A stretch of 63,838 nt of DNA, filler included, from Hyphochytrium catenoides (GCA_900088475.1; 6 parts of 6 records of this genome joined end to end with filler, not necessarily neighbours in it); one strand, 5' to 3'; counted from the whole stretch's first letter, positions 26,900-38,592 are shown. Made by a program: numbers and translations. The notes: generated by a model not told the origin, from the letters alone.

Positions 26900-28100
26900 A
26901 GAGAGTACCTGTTCTCTCCTCACCGAAAATTTCAACCATACGAGCACTTTCCAAAGCCTAGTACTTGTAATAAGCTATAGTTAACATTAGAGTCCACTTC
27001 TTCTATCATATCTCTGCTTCTCCTTGGAGTATGGAACTGTAACTTAATCAGTTGGTCTGGTGCATCCTTTAGTCCTATAAAATATGACTCAGATAGTCCA
27101 CACTTCAACACCTCCCCGCAGCTCCAAATGTCTGTAGGTAAGAGAGATTGAGGGATTCGATTCTGAGAGGAAGATTGTATGGTGGGTATGTCGGGTACTA
27201 TTTTTAGCTGAGGGAGTAAGGCTTGGAACAGTGGAATGGGTAGTGCCTTGGTGAGCATATCAGTGGTCAAGTCTTTGGACGGACAGTAGGTAATCCTTAG
27301 GACATTGCAGTTGACTTTGTAGCGGATAACACAACGTTTGACATCGAGGTATTTGGACTTTGGTCTTGGCATTTGACATATTGTGATGGCGCTTTGTTGT
27401 CTTGGAATGCTTCTACTACAGCTCCTGCTTGCGGGTAATTGATTTCACTCAAAAGAAAGGTTATATGTTCTGCATGTTTGGATCCTGTCCCCAGAGGTGT
27501 ACTCAGCTTCTGTTGTCGATTATGATACAATGTCTTGCTTTTTCCGTTTCCAAGCGAAAGCACCGGTGCCAAGAGTCATAAACTAACCAGTGACTGCCTT
27601 ACGACTGAATGTGTCATTACCCCAGTCGGCATCGGCAAAGAGCTTGAGGTTGTGACCGTCAATCCCTAGCTGCTAGTACCCTCCAATCGAAAGATCTCTT
27701 GACCGCTTTCCAGTGGACATTCCGGAAGTTAGCCATATAGTTGGCTTACTGACTGTACTGCGTAGGCTATGTCTGGTCGAGTCGCACCAGGAGGTGTAGT
27801 AGTGCTCCAACAGCATTGCAGTACGAAACTTGTAATACCTCCTACTCTTCAGCCGGACTCAACGGTGGGAGCTCGCACGCCATGGCAGATGCTCCCCTGC
27901 CACAGCTGGGGTGCTCGCTGGGTTGAATTCCTCCATACGAAATTACTTCAGTATGTCTTGGGTACATCTCGTTTGTCTAAGGTATATCTTGCGATTTGGT
28001 CGGTCTCTAAGAACTTCAACCCCACGAGAAGGTTGAATGGCAGTAGGTGGAGAATGAGAGCGTTCTCCCCCGGGTGCTGGCACTTGGCGGTCTAATATAC
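26900..28100 (-). mobile_element. Degenerate Ty1/copia 3' half: RT-RNase H, polypurine tract and start of the 3' LTR
   Basis: Minus-strand translation gives ATRPDIAYAV, LFADADWG, RKAVTG, STTEAEY, SKYLDVK and YCPSKDLTTDMLTKAL, with stops and frameshifts. The PPT GCGGGGAGG is immediately followed by TGTTGAAG at 27110. The left LTR boundary is not resolved. Confidence 0.85.
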
Positions 28101-28113
28101 ATTAAATTGAATC

Positions 28114-28783
28114 TGTTGAGAGCTGAAGCTGACAAAGCTCTGAAAATGCTCTCAGTTCCAGACTGTACCTCATATCAGGGAAAAGCCAGAAAACAAAGTA
28201 TTTCAGGGTTCGTAGAAACTAGGCTTTTATCACAAGGTAAGTGGGAAGTGAAGAGATAGTAAGTGGGTCATGTAGGTGGGTCATGTAGGTTATACAAGAC
28301 ACAGTTATTGATTAAGACAAACTAGACATGATAATTAGAAAACAAGGTCCCATAAGCTCTTCATACTCTTTCTGTCTATATCAGTAGACCAGATAACATA
28401 ATAAGAGTGTCTTCAAATCCCATACATTTTTGCGAGCCCGAAGGGCGAGCCTCAATTCAACCCACTCAGCACAAATGGACTTTTCGTGTTGTCTCTGTGT
28501 CTGTATGTATTGGATGTAGGGTCCGGTAGTATGGACGGCACGGCAGTCCTTATACGGTCCGTCCAAAAAATCTCAGCTTCTAACTCTTTCTAGATGCTGA
28601 GATATCGCCATTACAAGATAGCATAGTTAGCTGCTAGTAATATCTATGGCAATTAGACCACTATCTAAATGGGTGGCTGTGAGGCATCCAAGTCCTCGGA
28701 TGTGGATAAGGCCGCATCTTCTGGTCCGGCCGCCACTTCATTCTAATCTCACTTTCCAATTTCCAAGTACCCCACAGTCAACA
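28114..28783 (+). repeat. Putative 5' LTR of the plus-strand copia element
   Basis: Begins TGTTGA and ends TCAACA (6-bp inverted termini). A PBS-like GGTTATCGGGCTCCA follows at 28791, then gag. The partner LTR is not in the window. Confidence 0.55.
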
Positions 28784-30738
28784 TCTAAGAGGTTATCGGG
28801 CTCCACACAAGACAAGCAAGGCCAACCTGCCAACCTTGTGGGACTTGCGAATCGAATCGCATCGAATTCGAGCTGGAAAGTCAACCCACTATATCAACGA
28901 CTTGGCAAAAGAAATTGACCAAATAATATCAATGACTTGGCCAAATCTGCGCAAAGTAGTCAACGACTTGCCAAGATCGATCCAAGACAACAACGATTTG
29001 ACCAAAAGTGTCCATAATATCAACGACTTGACCAAAAGCTATCCAAAAGGTGTCCAAGCTACCATGGACCAGACAAAAGGGAATTCGTCAAGTTCAATAA
29101 CCAAGCTCAAGGGCAAGGACAACTACCCAGCTTGAAGCGCCAAGATGGAAGCGCTCCTAGACAAACTTGATCTCTTCGATCATATTGAAGGAACTGAGGG
29201 TTCCAAGGATCTAAGGGATGCAGCGCTGGAGAAATGGCTGAAGGCCGATCGCAGAGCCAAGACTGAGATCATTCTCGCTCTATCAGATGACATCGTCCAC
29301 ATTGTTCCGCACAAAGCCACTGCAAGAGAGGCGTTTATTCTGCTCCAAGAGGAGTACGAGAGCCGCAACTCAAATAAGACGGTAGCCTCGCTGGTTTCTT
29401 TTCTGTCGTCAAATTTTATCGAGGGAGATGACATGCGAAGGCACTTATCTCAACAACATCACGCGCCATCGTACCGTGATTGAGGACATGATGCAGCAAG
29501 ACGATTTTATCGAGAAGCTGCACATCGCAGCGACCCTGAAGAGCCTCCCAACATCCTTCGAGTTCACAGTCAAGGCGATCCACGTTCGCGGCACGGGAAA
29601 GATGAAGGAGACTGAGGGTACCAACGACATCCTCATCCAAGAAATGCGGCGTAGGGATGCCATGGGCGAAGCGAAACGTGGTGCGCCCTCAGCGGCATAC
29701 ACCGTACAGAAGCACGACAAGGCACCACAGTACATCGTGCCAACATTGCAGACGCAAGACTCATAGTAGGTCGGAAGACTGCTGGGAGCTGGAGGCGAAT
29801 GCACATCGCCGTCCAAGCAAATGGAGATCCGTCAAGGAGGGACGAGACGCAAAGAAGTTTACCTCTTCTATCATTGCCCTTGTGTGCACTCTTGATGCTG
29901 ATGACAGGGCTAAACTAATTAGCACACTCCTCCAGGATTCTAACTATGGAACTGTCTCACCGTCCACTACTATTCTCAACTGCTCACGAACGCAACAATG
30001 GATTATCGATAGTGGCGCGTCATCACGTCGCTGGTGAAAAGAGCTGGTTCCGCGAGTATCAAGATATCGCACCAGTCACGCTCTATACTGCGGACAAACG
30101 GCCTTTGTGTGCAGTCGGTAAAGGCAGGATCGATCTCCGGCTACAAAGTGGGAACGTCTTAGCACTTACTGACGTACTTTATGTTCCCGGCTCCCCTAAA
30201 CATTTGCTCTCGATCTCTCAGGAACTCAGGAAGGGTGGTCATATAATTTTTCAAGACGAAAGGAAAGTCTATTATCTTGCTCCGCAGGACCAACAGGCTG
30301 GGTGGAAGTACTCCAGCGACCCGCTTTTTACACACATCGGTACACAGATTGGCAACCTCTTCTATGCCACTGGCACTACCATAGAGCCTGTGCACCAGAA
30401 AGACGACAACTCCTTATGCACCACTTCCACCGATCACCCACAAAGGGAGTCAGTCTCCCAGAAGTCCATGACTCTGTGGCACCGACGCTTAGGACATCTT
30501 AACGTATCGGATGTCCGTCTACTGGCTAAGTTCGCCAAGGGCATTCGACTTTCAAGCATCTCTCAAATGGACTTCTGTCAAGACTGTGCGCGGAAAACTT
30601 ACCAGACAGCGGTTCCCGGAGAAGGCAGTGGACAAACTACTCAACCACTGGAGCTTGTACACACCGACGTTGGGGTTGTGAATGTGCCCAGCTTTGTTGG
30701 ATTATATGGGATGATTGGACAATGTCATTAGATGAGAG
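28114..30738 (+). mobile_element. Ty1/copia LTR retrotransposon 5' half (LTR, PBS, gag, protease, pre-integrase/integrase start), pseudogenised and truncated by the contig end
   Basis: Gag start KLKGKDNYPA*SAKMEALL, UBN2-like WLKADRRAKTEIILAL, knuckle CQHCRRKTHSRSEDCW, protease WIIDSGAS, LTDVLYVP, pre-integrase LWHRRLGHLN...CQDC and integrase PLELVHTDV. It carries a premature TGA and frameshifts. Confidence 0.9.
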
Positions 30739-30838
30739 NNNNNNNNNNNNNNNNNNNNNNNNNNNNNNNNNNNNNNNNNNNNTTAATTAATTAANNNNNN
30801 NNNNNNNNNNNNNNNNNNNNNNNNNNNNNNNNNNNNNN
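30739..30838. other. Artificial contig spacer N44-TTAATTAATTAA-N44
   Basis: Identical 100-nt spacer with a six-frame stop linker at 30783-30794; it occurs five times in the window. Confidence 0.95.
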
Positions 30839-30841
30839 TCA

Positions 30842-31799
30842 TCACATCCTACCCTTTGAGGTGTGGCGCCTTTGAGGCCGGGTAGAACGTGCGGTCGGCT
30901 CGGTCGGCTGCCCGTACTGCAGATAATAGTCGTTGGACCTGGAAGGGGTAGAGTCTTGGAGGAGGGAGTTCGACGATTGACGAGAAACCACCTGTCCGTT
31001 TATAATTTCTTCCACTGTTTGCTCCTGCGTACCGTCAGGCTTCGTGCTGATAGTCGTCCTCCTTGTGACCTTCCGTCCCTGATTATCTATAGACGTAGAA
31101 CTCTGGACACTTTGAGACGTAAAGCTACCACCTCCTCCTCCAAACCCAGAGCTGAAGCTCATACTGCTGAAGGAGCCACCCGCATTCCCAAAACCGCCAA
31201 ATCCAGACGAGAAGAAAGGATCACTCATCATGGAGCCAAAACCACGATGCCGGTTCCCGAACATAGAGCTACCAAACATGGAGCCGCCGAAGAACGGGTC
31301 GTCATCAAAGAAGCTTGCGAAAGGATCGCGGCCTCCAAAGAAAGCTCTAAAGATCTCTTCAGCATGTCGGGCACTAAAGTGACCATGGCCATACTGATCG
31401 TCATGGAGCCCTTCCGTGCCATAACTGTCATATGCTTCTCTCTTCTGCGGATCACTTAGTACCTCGTACGCCTGTCGCAATAGCGTAAGCGACCAAGGTT
31501 TGAGTTAATGGCAGCGGGGGCAAACTGCTAGTGGGTGCGACGGTTACCTCGGCTATTAGCTTGAACTTCTCTGTGGCTTCTGTACTGTTTCCGTTCTTAT
31601 CTGTAGAACAGAAGCCAAATAGGAATGGTGCATTAGTTCTACCTAAGGCTCACTGCCAAGAGAAGACTAGACTCTGTTGGCATTTACCCGGGTGCCACTT
31701 GACAGCAAGCTTGCGATAAGCCTTCTTAATCTCATCCGCACTGGCGCTTCTAGATACTTCCAACACCTCATAGTAGTCTGTCTGACCTGCGGAGTTCAT
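30842..31799 (-). CDS. DnaJ/Hsp40 class B co-chaperone (DNAJB6-like), 3 exons
   Basis: J-domain [31 protein letters not shown], with the HPD Asp codon split by an intron, then [25 protein letters not shown]-rich region and an S/T-rich C-terminal domain follow. Confidence 0.92.
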
Positions 31800-33025
31800 G
31801 CTTCTGTAAGAACAGCCGTTTCCCACTTCGGTAAGCTCTAACACTTCTTCGGTGGTGTGTCTGCAGTCCGTTGATAGTTATCACAAACTTTCAAAGAGCA
31901 TCAAAATATCAGTGCCCACTACCAAGAAGATTATTATCTTCAAACACGAAGCTCAGAGACTCTCTCGAAGCCTTTTGCAGAGATTATTGCGAAACGGAGC
32001 TCTGTCCCGAAAATGATTTTCGCTGGAAGGAAGCAGCTCCGATTTAGCTTTAGAGGGCTTTAGAAAGGGTTTCCCATTTGCGAACAGACAAGAAACTGGC
32101 ACCTCCAGCTTCAGAATCACAGCACGAGAAGCCAAAAGTAGCAACGGAATGATCTTTGGAAATAAACCCAAACACAATTCGGGAAAGATTCAATCAATAT
32201 AACCACAATTGGGCTTCATGGAGAATGGAATATTCCCGGACGTATGATAGATTTCACACAGTGGCGTGATCCAAAAATAACCACGGATGTGTGTTTATAG
32301 TGATCAAATCACGCCAAGAAAGTTCTAGAGCGACACTAAGTTCGAGACAGAGCAACAATCCACCCTTAGAAATAGTGGGGTTTTCCTAATTGAGAGTATC
32401 TATCTTGGGGAAGAGGGAGCGTAAACTGTAGACTGGGAGATTCATTGCTCGATTGCTGCAAAGCGTCACACCAGTTTCTACTTGAGACTTGAGACAACAA
32501 CAATACCCCATACAAAAATACCAACACGCCCTACCTTGTAAGGTGATTGCCGCTAACGGCTAGAGCTGGGTGCTACAACGATCAAAGCACCTCCAGGAGC
32601 GGCGTGAGATCCAGTCCCGCTCTTTCAAGGCTGACGAAGAGAGATTGATGATGATCCTTCGGGCTTCCCACGCACCGTCCTCCTCGCGCCTCAACAAGCT
32701 CATCATCAGCTGCCTAGAGCCCCAGGACAGGACACCAGGTTCTCCTGCTCAGGCCAGTCCCTTGGATGGCGAGAGTAGATGACCACCTGCCTTCAAACCA
32801 GCCAGTACTTTGACTTCTTTATCCACAGTCATCACTGGTTCGAAAGGGAGAAGCCTTCGGTGATTGGCACAGCTGTCAGCCCTCGATCATAGCTAGTATG
32901 TACCGCTCAGTCATTGGGGCCGGCGCCGTTCCAGAAGCAAGACAAAGGTGATATCAGAGTGATGTCTCTGTGATCGCTCAAGCTCTTCCACAGTGGGCGC
33001 AAGGGATTGCTGCTGCTCCTCCACC

Positions 33026-34480
33026 ATGACTGCACGTCTGGGTGCGATGGCTGGGTGCCGAACCAACTTCTATGGAAGCTGGGCCAATGCGACCTGGAGT
33101 CGGATGCTAATATCTCAGCCTTGCATGAGACCCATCAGCGTGAGGACTTACACTGACCTCACCAGCCCAGTGGCATGGACCCCTCTCAGGGAGCGATGCC
33201 CAGGCCAAAGGCTGGGCCTTTCTGGAAAGGCCTGTGGGAGGGCCCTCTCCACCTTTCAGGTTAGGGCGGAGAAAAAAAGCAGAAGTCTTCCTGTTCGTCA
33301 GCATACGAGAAGGGAGACGGCGGGCCATGGAAGCAAGCCAACTACAGTTGTGGGCTTTAATCGACTGATTGCTAAGTATGGCGCCGCTAAGAACCTTGGC
33401 GCCGTTGAGAAGGTGGTGTACAAGCGCATGCCTGAGGCTGGGGTGAAGCCCAATGAGATCAGCTGCTTTGAGGTACTGAAGGCGTGCATCAAGGCTCGAA
33501 AACTTGAGAGGGCAGAGATGTTTCTCCTTGAGGCTATGCCATCGCTAAGAGTGACGCCAAATGATTTCCACTTCAATTTGCTCCTGGGAGGCTATGGCTC
33601 TCTGGGTAACTGGCAGGCCGTGGAGGATATTCTATACAAGCGCATGCCTGAGGCTGGCGTGAATCCGGATAAGATCAGCTGCTCTGCGGTGCTGAAGGCG
33701 TACAACAAGGCTGGAAAACTTGAGAGGGCAGAGATGTTTCTTCGTGAGGACCTACCGTCGCTAGGAGTGAAGCCGGATGCTGTGCACTTCAACCTGCTCC
33801 TGGGAGGCTATGGCTCTCTGGGTAACTGGCAGGCAATGGAGGAGATTCTGTACAAACGCATGCCTGAGGCTGGCGTGAATCCGGATAAGATCAGCTGCTG
33901 TGAGGTGCTGAAGGCGTACACTAATGCTGGAAAGCTTGAGAGGACAGAGAGGTTTATCCGTGAGGGCCTACCGTCGCTAGGAGTGAAGCCGGATGCTGTG
34001 CACTTCAACCTGCTCCTGGGAGGCTATGGCTCTCTGGGTAACTGGCAGGCAATGGAGGAGACTCTATACAAGCGCATGCCTGAGGCTGGCGTGGAGCCCA
34101 ATGAGATCAGCTGCTCTGAGGTGCTGAAAGGGTATATCAAGGCTGGAGAGCTTGAGAGGACAGAGAGGTTTCTCCGTGAGGGCCTACCATCACTAGGAGT
34201 AAAGGCAACCGCTATTCACTTCACTCTGCTCCTGGGAGGCTATGGCTCTCTGGGTAACTGGCAGGCAATGGAGGAGATTCTATACAAGCGCATGCCTGAG
34301 GCTGGCGTGGAGCCCGATGAGATCAGCTGCTGTGAGGTGCTGAAGGCGTACATCCATGCTGGAGAGCTTGAGAGGGCAGAGGTGTTTCTGCGTGAGGGTA
34401 TGCCATCGCTCGGAGTGAAACAGACCGCTCAACATATCCAGGTATTGAAGAATAAGCGATCATCGTTTCAAGTGTTATAG
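33026..34480 (+). CDS. Intronless P-type pentatricopeptide repeat protein with ten 36-aa motifs and a probable mitochondrial presequence
   Basis: First in-frame ATG is at 33026. Motifs such as FNLLLGGYGSLGNWQAMEEILYKRMPEAGVNPD match the PPR consensus (YN.LI.GY...G..A.....M...G..PD). The N-terminus is Arg/Ser-rich and acid-poor and contains RALSTF. Confidence 0.88.
   Translation: MTARLGAMAGCRTNFYGSWANATWSRMLISQPCMRPISVRTYTDLTSPVAWTPLRERCPGQRLGLSGKACGRALSTFQVRAEKKSRSLPVRQHTRRETAGHGSKPTTVVGFNRLIAKYGAAKNLGAVEKVVYKRMPEAGVKPNEISCFEVLKACIKARKLERAEMFLLEAMPSLRVTPNDFHFNLLLGGYGSLGNWQAVEDILYKRMPEAGVNPDKISCSAVLKAYNKAGKLERAEMFLREDLPSLGVKPDAVHFNLLLGGYGSLGNWQAMEEILYKRMPEAGVNPDKISCCEVLKAYTNAGKLERTERFIREGLPSLGVKPDAVHFNLLLGGYGSLGNWQAMEETLYKRMPEAGVEPNEISCSEVLKGYIKAGELERTERFLREGLPSLGVKATAIHFTLLLGGYGSLGNWQAMEEILYKRMPEAGVEPDEISCCEVLKAYIHAGELERAEVFLREGMPSLGVKQTAQHIQVLKNKRSSFQVL
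33347..34426 (+). repeat. Coding tandem repeat, 5 x 216 bp (each unit encodes two 36-aa PPR motifs)
   Basis: The anchor CTCCTGGGAGGCTATGGCTCTCTGGGTAACTGGCAGG recurs identically at 33581, 33797, 34013 and 34229. Confidence 0.95.
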
Positions 34481-35332
34481 ACCCCGAACAGACCTGAGGG
34501 CGCGGTAGTAAGTGGGACGAGAGCTACGGATGGTAAAAGAAGCCGGAATCCTTGCCGTAGCTCCGAAAGCTCCTAAATAGCTCTGGTGTGGTTGATGGTC
34601 AACAGCAAGTAGTCGGAGGCTAGCTCCGTCTATGGATGCTGCTCGGTCCAGATCATGCCACTGGGAGACCCATCATCACGCTTTACTAGTTTCTTTACAC
34701 CTCCGCGAGTGCGGAGTCTGTCAATAAATTAATCTCTATGGTCTCACGCCTTTAGAGTCATTTTTTCGCCCTTATCGGCCGGCCCCTCAATTTGCATGTG
34801 ACTTCATCCATTTCGCCGCTCTTGCTTTTCATCCTCTCTCCCTGCTGAGCCTCTAACACTCCCTGCTTTCTGTTCGCTAGAGATATGTAATGGGAGGAAG
34901 AAAGAGGATTTGACAATGAATCTGTGGATACTCCCAGACGTGCTGTCTAAAGCTTGAAGATGAGGCGATGACGACCAGGCATCATTGGGCCCATAAGTGT
35001 CAAAGGAAAGATAAGCGCTTTGATTATAGAGTCGCCACTCTCCGAAAAATAACTACCTACTACTGGCTGCCTTTACTCGAGGCTGCGGCCTCGGTCCTGA
35101 AGTTAGGAGGTTCGTGACTGGCGTCTGAGAACGGATCAAGTCAGCTCTGAGGGGCATTTTCTTCTCAACCTGGGCGTGCTGGGGCGGGAGAGGACTGCTG
35201 CCTCGACCTAGGGCCTCTCTCTTAGTCTCAAGCACGCCGCACTTTAGCGTTGGCTCTCTTTCCCTATCCTAGTTCCCACACCTACATTTCCTCTTCTTCC
35301 TTCGTTACTTAGGCCCCTAAGTATTTTGACGC

Positions 35333-38300
35333 TTAAGATAGCTCTGTGACTCCATGCACTGCTGCTTCTGGTCTATCGAAGACGAGCGTGTTGAAGACAT
35401 CGTTGAAAAAGGAAGGATAATATCGGCAAGCGCGCCTGCAATCGGGACCGTAATTGCACTGCAAAGAATCGACATTGTGTTAGCTAACCAAGAGTACCTA
35501 GATGAGACCATTAGGATCCAGAGCTCTTCACTAGCATCAGGAAGGACGTAGAGAGGCGTGAAACTGAGAGGAAAGGGAAGGTTTAAGAAGAACTAGGCCA
35601 CAAGGTAAGGGAGAAGCTGCTGGCGTACCTCGAGGATCACGGGTTGGAAGTCTCCGTCCTCCGAGTGCTCAAACATGACATCTACACCGTACAGAGCTCG
35701 ACTTTGACCCAACTTTCCCAGGCCTACCAAAGCCAGAAGCAGAAAGATAGAGAGAAGTGAGAAAGACAGAGAAAGAGAGAGTGCAGGAGGGATAGAGATA
35801 GAGAGATTGCAAGAGAGGAAGAGAGAGAGAGAGACAAACAAGAGGGCAGCTAAGTAAGATGGAATGCGGGATTCAATAGGTTCACACCAGCTTCCTTCTG
35901 TCTTTCAGCGCAACCTCTTACTGCCGCTTGTGAATCCTTTCGTTACTCTGTCTCGTGAGCTATTTGCTCTCTGACTCCCGCCAGACTCCTCTCGCAGCAT
36001 CCCATATCTCTCTCTCTCCGTCTGCCTTTTCCTCTCTTCCCAGTTCAATACCTTGGGGTGGATCTTTCGCGGCTACAATGGAGAAGAGTTCATAGATTGC
36101 CCGCTCCATCTTCTTCTCGAGCTCAGCCCATCTCAACCCCGGATATTGCTGCTCTAGACCCACCGTGAAGTCTTCAGCCATCACCTGCGCATTGGTCAGG
36201 AGACCATAATTGAGGAGACAAGTTGTAAGGGCTCACGGACGGGAGACAGGAGCAGGCTTGTGATATCTCTCGCCAACTTAACGCAAAACAACTACGAGAT
36301 ATTGAGAGGCCAACGTAACACTGGCACACGACGTTGGGGGATGGAAAGAGGGGAGGGCGATGGATGTGAAGACGAAGAGAGGTACCGGAGCAGAAAGAGA
36401 GAGAGAGAGAGACTTGGATGTACATGGCGAAGATTGATAGAGAGAGAGAGACCTGTATCGCTTCCCATTCCGTATAGTTCATGACAGTGAAATGCTTCTG
36501 AAAGTCGTCCAGGTCCTCCAGATTATACTCTTTATTGGCAATCCGCGGCCAAAAGACCTTGGAACGATAGATCTGAAGAGGCTGAAGAGAGCGCAGCAGG
36601 ACGAGGATGCGCAAGTCGAACTTCTTTCCTTCATAGAGAACGGGGCGATAGAGATACTTGCAGGCTACTTTGGGGCCTGTCTCTGGAAGACGAACCAGGC
36701 TATACAGCGGCAGCGACACGAGAGTCAGTGGCGCGAAGAGCAGACAAAGTCAGAAGCAGGAGAAAGCTGGAAGACCCTTATAGCTCTACTTGAAAATGAC
36801 AATATTCAGTTCGCCTCCTTCGGACTAGCGCGGCAGAGCCATAACGAAGTGGGCAGCGGCGCATCAGAAGAACAGAGCGCAGAAGAAGGATGGTGTCATC
36901 TCTTGAAGAAAGAGAAGCATAGCCGATGAGAAGGGCAAAAGGATTGGGCTGGTGATAGATATGCTCTTACTGCAGGAGATTGTTAGAGACAGCGACATCC
37001 AGACTGCGCGCCATATTCCAGGGTTTACAGATCCAGTGATTGTCTAGGCCTAGGGCCTCTCGCCGCCGAAACTCCTAGGAGAGTGGATGAGCCATTAAAT
37101 AAGTGGAAGAAGAAAGGCCGGAGTTATTATTAGTTGGCCCCGTAATGAACCCCTTACACCTGAGCATACGACACTAATAGCAGGATAGAGATAGCCCGAC
37201 GATAGAGGAGAAGACGTTACTCAGACAGAGAGGAGAGGTCTCACTTTGACAAACTCAGGTAGCTCTGTCTCCATGTTGAAACACTGCGCGAACCAGGAAG
37301 GCCATTGCCCGCCACAGCCCCTAAGAGATAGATGAAGTTGGTATCGACCAAGAAGGAAGAGAAGAGAGAACCAGCAAGCGCACAGGCAAGAAGTATCACG
37401 TTCCTTCTCTTAGTGATAATTCTCGTAGGACGCTGTTCTCTCTCTCTCTCTCTCATTCTCATACTTTTTAATTTGTCTCTCCCTTTAGGTTTTCGATACT
37501 CAGCGACCCTCTCTCTTTCTCCTCTCTTACCTGTAAACCGTCTCTGCTAGTAAATCTTTGCATGTGAGAATCATTTCGTTCGGAAACTGGTTCACCAGCT
37601 TGTTAGGGCTGTCACGTGCTAACCGATCGAACTCCTGAGAAAGACAGACGATCAGCGAGAGGGAAAAAGGAGAGACAGGGATACGAGAGCTCCTCAAAAC
37701 GACTGATGAGAAAGAGGTGAGAGAGGGAGACAGAGACACGGGAACCTCTCGCAAGCTAGACAAGAGCTATGTGTTCCATAGATAGGTGGCCCTCAGACGG
37801 TGCAGCAAAACCGAGCGGCAGCGCCACGAAGCAAGTGGCCCTGCGTGAAGCCTCTTTCTTTCTTCACCTTGAAGTGCTTCACGGTCCATATCACGTCTGC
37901 CTCATCCTCAGAGTCTACGAACTGCAGACCATCCAGGGAAAGAAAGCTCTTGAGAAGCTCCAGATCTAGTAGGAGAGGGAAGGCGCCGGAAGGCTATTAG
38001 GAGAATGGATTCAAGGTAGGTGAACGGAACTTCAAAAGGTGAGCCACGTTATAGGTAATAGAATCGCAAAGAGAGGGCCACAGAACAAGAGAGAAGAGTG
38101 CAAGAGAGAGAGAGAGAGAGAGAGAGAGTGAGAGAGAGAGAGAGAGCGAGAAGAGACAAGCTAACAACAGAGAGGGTAGTGTGGGACTGTAATGGGCGGG
38201 TCTACATAGAGTCTCAGATTTGAGAAGAACGAGAATATACAGCGAGAAGGCTTTCAAAGGACATAGAAGTAAGAGAGAGAAAAGCCTTGAACGAGAACCT

Positions 38301-38592
38301 GTGTAAACTCTGCAGATTCCAGACGCCAAAGAGAAAGGTCTGAGCTGCTTTTCTCCCGCAGTAAAAGACGTGAGGAGCTGCTCTCCTGAGCGTACATCTC
38401 CTCTCACCAGCATGCCAGCATCCCTATCCGTTCTTTTCTCCCCTTCGGCGACTGTTCCTGGCAGCGCCTCCTCAGTTGGGAAGATTTCAGGGAAGAGAAC
38501 TGATAGCTTTAAGGTTTTCAGGTTGCCATCCGTGGTGCCTAGGGATAGAGGCTGATCGTTATGTTATGTTATGTTATGTGGAGAGAGAGAGG

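Noticed and set aside
29133-29135. In-frame TGA at a conserved Trp position in copia gag (NYPA*), suggesting stop-codon reassignment or readthrough
   Set aside because: The element has other frameshifts. Host genes use TGG for Trp and terminate at TGA, TAG and TAA, so this is a simple nonsense mutation.
30863-31459. Antisense ORFs opposite DnaJ (and similarly opposite the PPR, VWD and WRKY19-like genes)
   Set aside because: These are shadow ORFs of GC-rich coding sequence with no recognisable motifs.
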